From an uncultured virus (IMG/VR IMGVR_UViG_3300008110_000044) (Duplodnaviria > Heunggongvirae > Uroviricota > Caudoviricetes), in IMG/VR virus record IMGVR_UViG_3300008110_000044: a DNA stretch of 20,000 bases. One strand, 5' to 3'. Both the position numbers and the translations under genes were made by a program. Within the stretch, counting starts at the first letter, position 1, and each line of letters opens with the position of its first letter. Positions 1-8,134 of this stretch are shown here, piece after piece. The notes under the pieces were generated by a model that worked only from the letters and a program-made list of their open reading frames with translations, ran no database searches and was not told the DNA's origin.

Positions 1-352
1 GTAGTTCTTCAGAGCCATCTAGAGAAGTTGTGCTTCTGATCAAAGGACCGTGATAACCTTGCATAAAGATTGGCATCTTTTCCTTTGTTCTTTTAATCTT
101 ACAATCAGACTTTATTCCAGTACAACATGCCTCTACTTTATCTACTTCTTTAAGTTCCACAAAATCCATAGTCTGGGCAATACCTGAAAATCCTAAAAGT
201 TTATTTTTACTATCCTCACGTTTCATTAACCACTTTGTATGTTTTAATACAAAGGCGTAAATAGCCCTATCAGTTAAAAACGCGTCTTGTCTAACGGCTT
301 TTACCTGAGTACGGATTCTTGAAATAATATTTCCTATGGTAGTTCTGGCCAT
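1..352 (-). CDS. Partial (runs off the left edge) virion structural protein, crAss-like ring/tail-tube protein family
   Basis: Not in the ORF track. My translation from ATG at 352 is open to the window edge: MARTTIGNIISRIRTQVKAVRQDAFLTDRAIYAFVLKHTKWLMKREDSKNKLLGFSGIAQTMDFVELKEVDKVEACCTGIKSDCKIKRTKEKMP... The QTxxxVELxxVDxxxxCC...CxIxRTxxKxP pattern resembles Crassvirales ring proteins as I recall them. Overlaps the upstream gene by 19 nt. Confidence 0.7.
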   Translation of the reverse strand, partial: MARTTIGNIISRIRTQVKAVRQDAFLTDRAIYAFVLKHTKWLMKREDSKNKLLGFSGIAQTMDFVELKEVDKVEACCTGIKSDCKIKRTKEKMPIFMQGYHGPLIRSTTSLDGSEEL

Positions 353-939
353 GGTTGCTCTAAATTAAATTCATCATACTCCTCAAGAAGCTGCTGAGTA
401 AGATCTTCTTTATATTGTTTAAATTTCTGCTTACGAAAGATTCTGCTTATCCTTACAAGATTGTCTACCATCACATATTTCTTCCACTCTTGAGGATAAG
501 TTTTACCTAATGATCTTTTAAAATCTCTAACACCGGTAAATCCCCATAAGTCATTATGTTTAAACCGGTATTTAGTTTCGTAGTTTGTGTAGAATATCTT
601 AGCCATGTAGTTATCTGAGTCCCAGTTCTGATGCTGTAATACAACACCATGCTGTATACTCTTTCCAAAATCTACATTGCTTTTCTTTCTTGGGCAAGTG
701 CCTATAAAAATAAATCCCAATTGCTCTGGAAGTTCTACTCCATCTCTATCTGATATTACAGTATTCCAAACTTTACCATTAAAGGTTGATATTACTTCCT
801 TAAACTTATCTAAGGAAATAGAACCAAACCTAGGATTATCCTTTACAAACTGCTGATGAAAGTCAATGTTTGTAAAGTTTAGTTTCTTAGGTCTATACCT
901 AGGAGCATTTAGATCTGGTTTTTTATAGGCTTTAGCCAC
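334..939 (-). CDS. IHF/HU-like DNA-binding protein (crAss-like phage type)
   Basis: 201 aa, basic, GTG start. A helix followed by DGVELPEQLGFIFIG resembles the HU/IHF 'V.L.GFG.F.V' strand, and the later YRFK...WGFTGVRDFKRSL resembles the HU C-terminal 'F.....LK' segment. IHF-like genes next to tail/ring genes are a conserved Crassvirales arrangement. Confidence 0.6.
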   Translation of the reverse strand: MAKAYKKPDLNAPRYRPKKLNFTNIDFHQQFVKDNPRFGSISLDKFKEVISTFNGKVWNTVISDRDGVELPEQLGFIFIGTCPRKKSNVDFGKSIQHGVVLQHQNWDSDNYMAKIFYTNYETKYRFKHNDLWGFTGVRDFKRSLGKTYPQEWKKYVMVDNLVRISRIFRKQKFKQYKEDLTQQLLEEYDEFNLEQPWPELP

Positions 940-944
940 AATGA

Positions 945-962
945 TCTACATTAATAATTTAC
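945..962 (-). promoter_or_regulatory. Putative phage-specific promoter motif GTAAATTATTAATGTAGA
   Basis: Intergenic, just upstream of the GTG at 939. A near-identical motif lies in the 8633-8757 intergenic region. Confidence 0.45.
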
Positions 963-1000
963 GAAAAATCTATGAGGTTTCCTACTTAAACTTCTAGAGT

Positions 1001-2317
1001 TTAAGCAGTATAGATAAACTCGGACACCTTACCTTTAGAACGGTCATGAATCTCCATAATAGCCTGACGCTTAGCTCCAGTGAACTTATTATGATAGTGC
1101 CAGTAATCTGACTTGGAAAGACTAGGTAACTGCTTTATGGCAAAACCATGAACCTCATTTTCGGTAATATATTCCATGGTCTTTTTTCTATGCCAGTGTC
1201 CGGTATAGCAGGTACGATAATGTGTTGATCCCCATTCCTGTGGAAACTCTGTAGCATATACCAGTGCTGTATTTTTAGAGTTTACATCTCCATGCTCAAA
1301 AGCAAAAAAGTTACTACCATAGGTAATAACTTTACGTTCAGCATATTCTACATCAAAAACTATATTTGAACTTCCTTTAAAGCATTTAGATAGAGCATGA
1401 GCCATATGATATGAGCTTAATCTATCATGGTTACCAGGAAGGTAAACTACATGAAGCTCTTCACAAAACTGCTTAATAAAGTTTATACTCCAATACAAAG
1501 AGTCAAATGCCACATTGTAAGCATCCTGAGCTCTAAGGTCGTTATCTACAGGAGTGCCCTTAGTAGTACTACCACTAAAAGTATCCATGTTTAAAAGATC
1601 TCCACCAAAGACATATACTATCTTATCTAAGTGATGACTCTTATACGACTTGTATATCAGAGTAGAAACAGCTTCACGGAAGTCTTTTGCTACAGTGTCA
1701 TTTCCCTCCTTTCCAAAGTGAAGGTCCTGAATACTCAGAACCCCCACTGTAGGAAATGTGAATGTGTCATTCAAATGCACCTCTGCAACGGGTGTATAAC
1801 TAGGATTAAAATTATCTAGGGTTTCTTTTAAAAGGTCTTTAGCCTCTGTGGTCTTTTGAGTGACCATAGCTGAAATAAGCCAGTATTCTTTATGTTGTTT
1901 ATTCCAGTAAGAAGATAGCTTCCATTTCTCAGTATCTATCTTTAGAATACGGATTATCTCTTCCGGACTCTTGGGTTCAGCAAACGCAACTCCTTTTATC
2001 TCAGCAGTACCTGTTTCCAGATTTTCTTTCCACTCAACTACTTTTTCTTTCTGCTGATTTATTGCTTCAACTAGCTGATCTTCAAGCTGGGATATATATT
2101 GATTTTTAATAGTTTCATCATCAATAAGTTCCAGCATTCTTTTACCAGCTAAGTCAACCAAACTAGTATCTAGTTCAGTTTGTAAAAGCTCTCTAGTTTG
2201 TAAAATTTGTCTCTTGATTTCTTGGTATTTTTGTAAAGAAACACCTAACTTTGTGGCACAGAACTCATCAGTTTTTTTCCATCTGAGAGATCCATATACC
2301 AGGTGAATTAGACTCAT
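1001..2317 (-). CDS. Calcineurin-like metallophosphoesterase with N-terminal helical/HTH-like extension
   Basis: 438 aa with all five metallophosphoesterase motifs in order: DLH, GDL, GNHD, (E)HGD, GHWH. The N-terminal 'EFCATKLGVSLQKY' is HTH-like and is followed by a coiled coil. Confidence 0.85.
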   Translation of the reverse strand: MSLIHLVYGSLRWKKTDEFCATKLGVSLQKYQEIKRQILQTRELLQTELDTSLVDLAGKRMLELIDDETIKNQYISQLEDQLVEAINQQKEKVVEWKENLETGTAEIKGVAFAEPKSPEEIIRILKIDTEKWKLSSYWNKQHKEYWLISAMVTQKTTEAKDLLKETLDNFNPSYTPVAEVHLNDTFTFPTVGVLSIQDLHFGKEGNDTVAKDFREAVSTLIYKSYKSHHLDKIVYVFGGDLLNMDTFSGSTTKGTPVDNDLRAQDAYNVAFDSLYWSINFIKQFCEELHVVYLPGNHDRLSSYHMAHALSKCFKGSSNIVFDVEYAERKVITYGSNFFAFEHGDVNSKNTALVYATEFPQEWGSTHYRTCYTGHWHRKKTMEYITENEVHGFAIKQLPSLSKSDYWHYHNKFTGAKRQAIMEIHDRSKGKVSEFIYTA

Positions 2318-2401
2318 AGGGATTGGGTTGGGTATATGGTGTATAAAGTTAGTTTATTATTTAATATTAGTTATCTTTTTATACACATTATTTTAACATT
2401 T

Positions 2402-2439
2402 AAAAAAGTAAGCCCCCAGTATAGAAATACCAGGGGCTT
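2402..2439 (-). terminator. Rho-independent terminator ending the structural gene block
   Basis: Minus-strand RNA AAGCCCCUGGUAU-UUCU-AUACUGGGGGCUU forms a 13-bp stem (two G-U pairs that only work on this strand), followed by ACUUUUUU. Lies downstream of the 2484..3248 stop. Confidence 0.8.
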
Positions 2440-2445
2440 TGTTAT

Positions 2446-2478
2446 GTCAGGGAAACCAACAAAACCACTGACTTTTTT
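2446..2478. other. Second hairpin in the 3' UTR (GTCAG..CTGAC, U/G-rich loop); possible plus-strand terminator or RNA element
   Basis: GTCAG (2446-2450) pairs with CTGAC (2468-2472), with extra GG/CC pairing inside. It is followed by T6 on the plus strand. The minus-strand loop reads UUUUGUUGGUUU. Confidence 0.4.
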
Positions 2479-2483
2479 ATTAA

Positions 2484-3248
2484 TTATTGAAACTGATTTC
2501 CTCCACCTCCACCACCAGCACAGTTCTGAGCTGTATTACAATCTCCAAAAAACCCAGTAGAGTTTCCTTCAGCCATGTGATTAACAACAGGACTGTTATC
2601 AGTTACATATCCATCTGCCACATGCAGGATTAAGTAAAGACCATTAATAAGTACTACTTTATTATTAAATACACCAGCAGCCAAAGGTTCAGGTGAACTT
2701 ACTAAAGTATAGTTATAAACATATCCAGATACAGGATCGCCATTACAATTTTGACAACGTCCTGCATTATAGATATAATATGTAGCAGCTGCTGATTGAC
2801 AGGCTGTACAAGAATCATTTGCAGTTAGACCGGAAAGAACAACATCATAACTAGCAGGTGCTGGACTAAGTGTAGTTTCTACTCTCCAAGAATATCCACC
2901 ATAATAATAGTGTTTACCTGCTGTTAATGTATTTGTAGAGAGAGCAGCATATGCACCATTTGTTCCTATCTGAGCACAACTATTATCACAATCAAATTTA
3001 GATACCGTATAGTAATTATACGTTGGAGGAGTATAACTAACAGTTCCTGAAGCAGAAGTAGTACAAGATCCTGTTGAAGTAACAGTAATAGTTGGATACT
3101 CACTAAATATATCCATTCTATACCCAGCAAGTAATTGTGCTCTTGTAATACCTGATACAAGAGTATTATTATTATTGTCCTTTATTGTAAAAGGACCAGC
3201 ATCTGTTCCTGCTGAAGATAAAGTTACAACTACGTCAAGTACTGGCAT
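2484..3248 (-). CDS. Cys/Thr/Ser-rich putative virion surface protein (beta-rich N-domain + two Cys-containing repeats, poly-Gly tail)
   Basis: 254 aa. N-terminal 'TLSSAGTDAGPFTI...SGITRAQLLAGY...ITVTSTGSC' domain, then two similar units (YNYYTVSKFDCDNSC...LTAG...SCTAC; YYIYNAGRCQNC...LAAG...DCNTAQNC). Ends CAGGGGGGNQFQ. Confidence 0.7.
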   Translation of the reverse strand: MPVLDVVVTLSSAGTDAGPFTIKDNNNNTLVSGITRAQLLAGYRMDIFSEYPTITVTSTGSCTTSASGTVSYTPPTYNYYTVSKFDCDNSCAQIGTNGAYAALSTNTLTAGKHYYYGGYSWRVETTLSPAPASYDVVLSGLTANDSCTACQSAAATYYIYNAGRCQNCNGDPVSGYVYNYTLVSSPEPLAAGVFNNKVVLINGLYLILHVADGYVTDNSPVVNHMAEGNSTGFFGDCNTAQNCAGGGGGGNQFQ

Positions 3249-3259
3249 ATTAAATTAAA

Positions 3260-4198
3260 TTATAAACATGAAGATTGATAAGCTCCTACAGCACCAGTTG
3301 AGGTGTTATAACTGTAGATAGCTGTTGGTGCTGTCCAGGTTGGTCCAATTTTATCTCTTACAAGAGTATTAGTAAAAGGTGTTGTGCCAGCAGCATTTTG
3401 GAATATAGAAAGAACTCCAAATATATTATTAGGATCAGGTAAATAGTATGCCGCTACAGGTGCACCAGCACAGCTTGCACCAACAGTATTACTAAATACA
3501 AAACGTTCATCTGAATATAGTAAACCATTCTGACCTGGCTCTGGTACAAATTCAGCAACTGTTAAAGTACCTAGTGTACAACTAAGTGCACTACCACAAG
3601 CCAAACTAACTGACCAAGCATCAAAAGGAGAATCAGCTACAGTAGAAACTTTTAAACTATAAGTCTTTGCAGAGTTATATGTAAAAACTAAAGTTCCTGA
3701 GTTAATAGTACTTCCTGAAGTTGTTACATCAGTACTATCAGTTACATTAAGTATAGTAAAGGTATTGTACCTAACTGCAGGATTATAAGAAAGTGTAATC
3801 TGGCTACCATTAGCTACGCCAGTAAAATCAATAGGAATATTAGGATAGTTATAAGCTCCGCTTCCAGAATAGTTTCCAGAAAATCCGCATCCACATTTAA
3901 GTTTGTATCCAACACCTGTAATGGTAGTAAGTGTAGCTGTACTAGTAACACTTCCACCACAAGAAGCCTGTACAGATATTGTAAGATCATCACAAGCTGG
4001 AACATTAGATATTGAAACTGGAGAAGCTGTAGGATTAGGAGTAACTTGAGTATATGCACTATCTGCATCTGCCGATTTCTTCCATTTAACTATATATCCA
4101 CCAGATGGTGCTGGGGTAGGTGCAGTAAATGATACGCTTACTGTTCTTGTATCAGAACAAGTAGTACATGAACCGGAGCCTGTTGGAGTAATTGCCAT
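3260..4198 (-). CDS. FN3-like domain-containing virion protein
   Basis: 312 aa. 'VSVSFTAPTPAPSGGYIVKWKK...VSISNVPAC..LTISVQASC' has an FN3 B/C/E/F strand pattern, followed by two further beta-rich domains. Confidence 0.7.
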   Translation of the reverse strand: MAITPTGSGSCTTCSDTRTVSVSFTAPTPAPSGGYIVKWKKSADADSAYTQVTPNPTASPVSISNVPACDDLTISVQASCGGSVTSTATLTTITGVGYKLKCGCGFSGNYSGSGAYNYPNIPIDFTGVANGSQITLSYNPAVRYNTFTILNVTDSTDVTTSGSTINSGTLVFTYNSAKTYSLKVSTVADSPFDAWSVSLACGSALSCTLGTLTVAEFVPEPGQNGLLYSDERFVFSNTVGASCAGAPVAAYYLPDPNNIFGVLSIFQNAAGTTPFTNTLVRDKIGPTWTAPTAIYSYNTSTGAVGAYQSSCL

Positions 4199-4217
4199 TT
4201 ATATCTATTTTTTACTT

Positions 4218-4688
4218 TTATGCTTGTACACCTAAGCAAACATTTCCTCTCATATATCTACCTCCACTTACTGTACCATCTTGTGCACATACACTACGAG
4301 AAACCTGAGGATTAGTAGCAACATTATATACACTAGAAGCTTGACTTGCACCACATGGCGTATATGTATAAGTTGCTGTATCAAGAAGTTCAAATGTATA
4401 ACATGCTGACGCTGATGATGTAATAGCAAAACTTACAGGATTACTTAGTGAACCACTTCCGCAATCTGCCTGAATAGTTCCTTCTATATTATAACAAGAA
4501 GGAATATTAGTAATATAAATAGGATTACCATATTTATTAGGCTCTGTAGTATAAGCAGTAGCTGAACCTGCAATTCTCCATTTTACTACGTAACCATTTT
4601 GTGGTTCAATAGCAGGAGAAACGTAAGTCAAAGTTAAAGTGCTATACGAGTTACAGCCTGGATCTAATTCTTGTGGAGGAAGTGCCAT
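4218..4688 (-). CDS. FN3-like domain virion protein, paralogous to the 3260..4198 N-domain, with a small Cys domain
   Basis: 156 aa. 'LTLTYVSP..PQNGYVVKWR...PIYITNIPSC..IEGTIQADCG' aligns by eye with the neighbouring gene's N-domain. Confidence 0.7.
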   Translation of the reverse strand: MALPPQELDPGCNSYSTLTLTYVSPAIEPQNGYVVKWRIAGSATAYTTEPNKYGNPIYITNIPSCYNIEGTIQADCGSGSLSNPVSFAITSSASACYTFELLDTATYTYTPCGASQASSVYNVATNPQVSRSVCAQDGTVSGGRYMRGNVCLGVQA

Positions 4689-4700
4689 ACATTATTGGTT

Positions 4701-5330
4701 TTATACTATTGTACCTGTTCCTGATACTTTTACAGGAGATGTCGCAAAAGCTTTAAAGGACTGAGGAAAGTTTTTTAATACGTTTATAGTAAACTGCTGA
4801 TGATTAGACCCTGTAGCTTTTACTACAGTTTGGCCACCACTAAGAGCAGTTGTTGGTGCACTTGATACAGTAAAGGTTGTAGCACTTGGAATAGAAAGAA
4901 CTGTTGTGTTAGCTGCAAAAGCTCCAGTTCCGGCAGTTACTTCTACTGACATTCCTACTGCAATACCTGTTGTTGAACCTACTGTAATAGTTGTTCCTGA
5001 ACTAGTTGCTCCTGCTGTAGAAGTGTATACTGGTCCAAGATCTAAATATGTAACAACCAAAGGAGCTGGATTAGTTCCTGTTCCGGTATTAGTTGCAACA
5101 TAAGTTTGCCTAGTAATAGTTGGACTAACTAGACCATTTAATACTTTATGCAATTTAAACAAGACAGTATTTAGTCTATCACCATTTAAAATACCTAAAG
5201 CAGGTAAATTAGGACCTACAAAATTTGTACAGTCAGCTTTTATTAATTCCTCACAAGGTTCCCCACCAGGACAATCTGGTAAGGTTGTAGCATTTACTGG
5301 AGGACAATCCGCACAAGGATTACATGACAT
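4701..5330 (-). CDS. Cys-rich N-terminal virion/fibre-associated protein
   Basis: 209 aa. MSCNPCADC...C..VGPNLPALGILNGDRLNTVLFKL N-domain shared with 6878..8110. The central 'TTITVGSTTGIAVGMSV...NTTVLSI..ATTFTVS' is a small beta-barrel module common in phage structural proteins. Confidence 0.7.
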   Translation of the reverse strand: MSCNPCADCPPVNATTLPDCPGGEPCEELIKADCTNFVGPNLPALGILNGDRLNTVLFKLHKVLNGLVSPTITRQTYVATNTGTGTNPAPLVVTYLDLGPVYTSTAGATSSGTTITVGSTTGIAVGMSVEVTAGTGAFAANTTVLSIPSATTFTVSSAPTTALSGGQTVVKATGSNHQQFTINVLKNFPQSFKAFATSPVKVSGTGTIV

Positions 5331-5341
5331 ATTTTAACTTT

Positions 5342-6868
5342 TTATAAATTAATGTTTGATTCAAAATCTGCACTTAAACTAGTTACTGGAGGACAAGGAA
5401 CATATCCACAATCAGTACTATTACTTTCATATAAGTTTCCTGCTCTAGTTGTATTATAAGTTGCAGAACAAGGATTAGTATCTATTTCTTGATAATGCTT
5501 ATTAACACCTACACAATTATAGTATTCAGATATACTTCTTTGTACCCAATTGGCAGTACTACTAGTTAAACTTAAACTAGAAGCTGTTGATGTTTCGCTA
5601 CCACAAGTTCCTGTAACAACAACTCTATAAGTATATGTTATACTTGTTTCATTAGCAGCTAGAGTATAACTTGCAGATGTAGCATTGGTTATATTATTCC
5701 ACGAGTCACCATCGTTTCTTTGCCACTGATAGGTCAAACCTGATCCCGTTGCTACAACAGTAAATGTTGCATTAGCTCCATCACAAACAGTTTGATCATT
5801 AGGCTGTTGTGTAATAATAGTATTTGCTGTTATAGAAAGAGTACCTGCTGCTGATATTATTTCAGGACCACACGTACTATTTACTTTTGCTCTATACTTC
5901 TTACTGCTATCTCCAGATGCTACAGTAAAAGAATAAGTTCCTGCTGTAGCACCTGTAATATTGTTATATGTAGTTCCACCGTCAGTACTTACTTGCCACT
6001 GATAGGTAACATTTCCACCACCTGCTGTGACTCCAAAGGTTGCAGTACCACCAAGACAAGCATTATTATTTGCTGGCTCTACTGTAATATTTGTATCAGG
6101 TAGCAAACTAACTGTTACAGCATTTGTATCGACAGTAGCACATTCGTTTGTAGCTTTTAATTTATAGCTTCCTAAGTTAGTACCAGCATTTGCTATTACT
6201 AAACTCTGTGTAGTTACACCAGAATAATCACCAGTATTTGTAAGAGCTACAGTACCTTTGTACCATTGATAACTACAACCAACACAAGTATATACAGCTG
6301 TTAGAGTAATTGTTTGATCATCACAAGCTGCTTGGTTTATAGGCTGTGTAGTTACCACAGGACTATTAGGTTTACTTGTAAAGGATACTGCTGAACATGC
6401 TTTTGTTATAGTATCAGCTTTAGAAATAACCTTTATCTTATATGCTGTTGATGCAGTCAACCCGGTAAAACTACCAGTTACTGTTGCTGCAGCAACTTTT
6501 GTTTGAGTAGATATAACAGCATCAGCATTGCTTAAAAGCTGAATATCATAGTTATTTACATCCCCTCCAACTTGAGCAAAAGAATAGTTTACTATTCCAT
6601 CGCAAGCTGTTGTTACTGTAACTGGAGAAGGACAAGTTAAACTTGCAAACTCTATTACAGCTGAATCCTTTGGAAAACCATCAGTACAAAAACCTTTTAT
6701 CTTAAACTGTTGAATCTTATTATCGGCAACACCTACAACAGAGTAAGTAGTTGTTGAACCATCAAGTGTGGCAATCAGATTCCAAGAGCCACTATATTTA
6801 GGTTTAAGATATAGTTCCTGTTGGTATGTTCCTGCGGCAACACTCCAAGTCAATGAAAAATTTGCCAT
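5342..6868 (-). CDS. Multi-Ig/FN3 virion surface protein (2 FN3-like + 3 I-set Ig-like domains + Cys-rich tail)
   Basis: 508 aa. FN3 motif 'FTGLTASTAYKIKV'. Three Ig repeats of the form 'IT.QP....C.G..ATF.V.A.G..TYQWQ...G......YR..V...CG'. C-terminal 'DTNPCSATYN...ESNSTDCGY' module. Confidence 0.85.
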   Translation of the reverse strand: MANFSLTWSVAAGTYQQELYLKPKYSGSWNLIATLDGSTTTYSVVGVADNKIQQFKIKGFCTDGFPKDSAVIEFASLTCPSPVTVTTACDGIVNYSFAQVGGDVNNYDIQLLSNADAVISTQTKVAAATVTGSFTGLTASTAYKIKVISKADTITKACSAVSFTSKPNSPVVTTQPINQAACDDQTITLTAVYTCVGCSYQWYKGTVALTNTGDYSGVTTQSLVIANAGTNLGSYKLKATNECATVDTNAVTVSLLPDTNITVEPANNNACLGGTATFGVTAGGGNVTYQWQVSTDGGTTYNNITGATAGTYSFTVASGDSSKKYRAKVNSTCGPEIISAAGTLSITANTIITQQPNDQTVCDGANATFTVVATGSGLTYQWQRNDGDSWNNITNATSASYTLAANETSITYTYRVVVTGTCGSETSTASSLSLTSSTANWVQRSISEYYNCVGVNKHYQEIDTNPCSATYNTTRAGNLYESNSTDCGYVPCPPVTSLSADFESNINL

Positions 6869-6877
6869 AGGTGTTCA

Positions 6878-8110
6878 TTATGATAAGGTTGCAGTAACGC
6901 CAGTAATAATAGGACAAGGTGGAACAACAGTCTTCGTTGCAGTTTTATTACAAGTCTGACCACTCTTCACAAGACATCCTTCAACAGTTACTGTATAAGT
7001 AAGTGAAGGATTCAAGCTTGCTCCAGATACTGTAAATGTTACACCATCAGCATCTGAAACAGCTGCTACTAAATCCACATATCCAATAAAGGTATTATTT
7101 GCAGAGTCTTTAATAGTTACTTTAGATCCAAGTTGATTACAGTTTGTAAACCCAGAAGGAACTGTTAGTAAACCTTGGAAGAATAAAGTAACTTGAGTTC
7201 TAGCTTCGTTTGCAGCAGCATTGAAGTTAAGAACAAACTGAGAACAGTCAACAACGTTTGTAAGACTTTTAAGATCCGCAATAGCAGCTCTCATATCACA
7301 AACAGTAATCCAAAGATTCTGAAAAGACTGAGCCATATTAGATACTGTAGCATTCCAGCCTGTAAGACTACTTAGTGTACCAGTTTGACTTAAAGCAGGT
7401 TGTGCTCCTAGTGCAGCACACTGTTGAGCAGCCGCAGCTGTAAGTGAAGCATTAGTTCCAAGTACAGCTCTTAAGTTACAATACTGAGCTTCTAGTTCAT
7501 CAAGAACCAGATTCATGTCAGTAGGAACATTAGGAGTAAGAATACAGTTAGGAGTTACTTTAGGTAGAGCAGCAGCTGTTGCATTTTCAAGAACAGTTAC
7601 TCTTGTACCTAAACTAGTAATCTGAGAACCTTGAGTAGTTACAGTTGTCTTTAAATCACAAAACTGATTAGCAAGTCTTAAAGTTGCTGATCTGTGCTGT
7701 AACTGAGTAATAGTCTGACCTGTTGCAGGATCTGTAAACTGTAAACAAGAAGGAAGATTAATATTAGGTTCTGTATAAGAACCACCACCGCCAGGACTAA
7801 TAGCATCAACTTTAGCATTTAGTCCACAAACCTTCTTAACAATATAATCCAATACTGCTAACAGGGTCTTCGTAGTTGGAGCAGGGCCAACAGAAGAGGC
7901 AAATGAGACCAGGCAAGATAAGTCCAGGGAGGACAGCCCAAGCTCTGCCTGTAAGGTACAGAGCTTTTCTGCTACCTTGTAGACTACGTCCGAAACAGTG
8001 TCACCGTTGCAGAGGTTAAGGCAGGCAATATCAGGGCCTTGCCAAATGACACAGTTAGAAGAAACAGGAGAACAACCCTGATCAGCAGTATTGGATTTTA
8101 CAGGTAACAT
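6878..8110 (-). CDS. Cys-rich coiled-coil/fibre-like virion protein with C-terminal FN3-like domain
   Basis: 410 aa, 18 Cys by my count. N-domain CVIWQGPDIACLNLCNGDTVSDVVYK, repeated C..helix..C-x-L/M units, coiled coil 'ITSLGTRVTVLE', FN3 signature 'LNPSLTYTVTV'. Confidence 0.7.
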   Translation of the reverse strand: MLPVKSNTADQGCSPVSSNCVIWQGPDIACLNLCNGDTVSDVVYKVAEKLCTLQAELGLSSLDLSCLVSFASSVGPAPTTKTLLAVLDYIVKKVCGLNAKVDAISPGGGGSYTEPNINLPSCLQFTDPATGQTITQLQHRSATLRLANQFCDLKTTVTTQGSQITSLGTRVTVLENATAAALPKVTPNCILTPNVPTDMNLVLDELEAQYCNLRAVLGTNASLTAAAAQQCAALGAQPALSQTGTLSSLTGWNATVSNMAQSFQNLWITVCDMRAAIADLKSLTNVVDCSQFVLNFNAAANEARTQVTLFFQGLLTVPSGFTNCNQLGSKVTIKDSANNTFIGYVDLVAAVSDADGVTFTVSGASLNPSLTYTVTVEGCLVKSGQTCNKTATKTVVPPCPIITGVTATLS

Positions 8111-8134
8111 AATTATTTGGGTATCAATGAGTTA

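Noticed and set aside
2318..2400. Promoter for the phosphoesterase gene (TAACTTTA, -7-like)
   Set aside because: The region is very AT-rich and the match to TAnnTTTG/TTTG is weak. A promoter is likely but cannot be placed.
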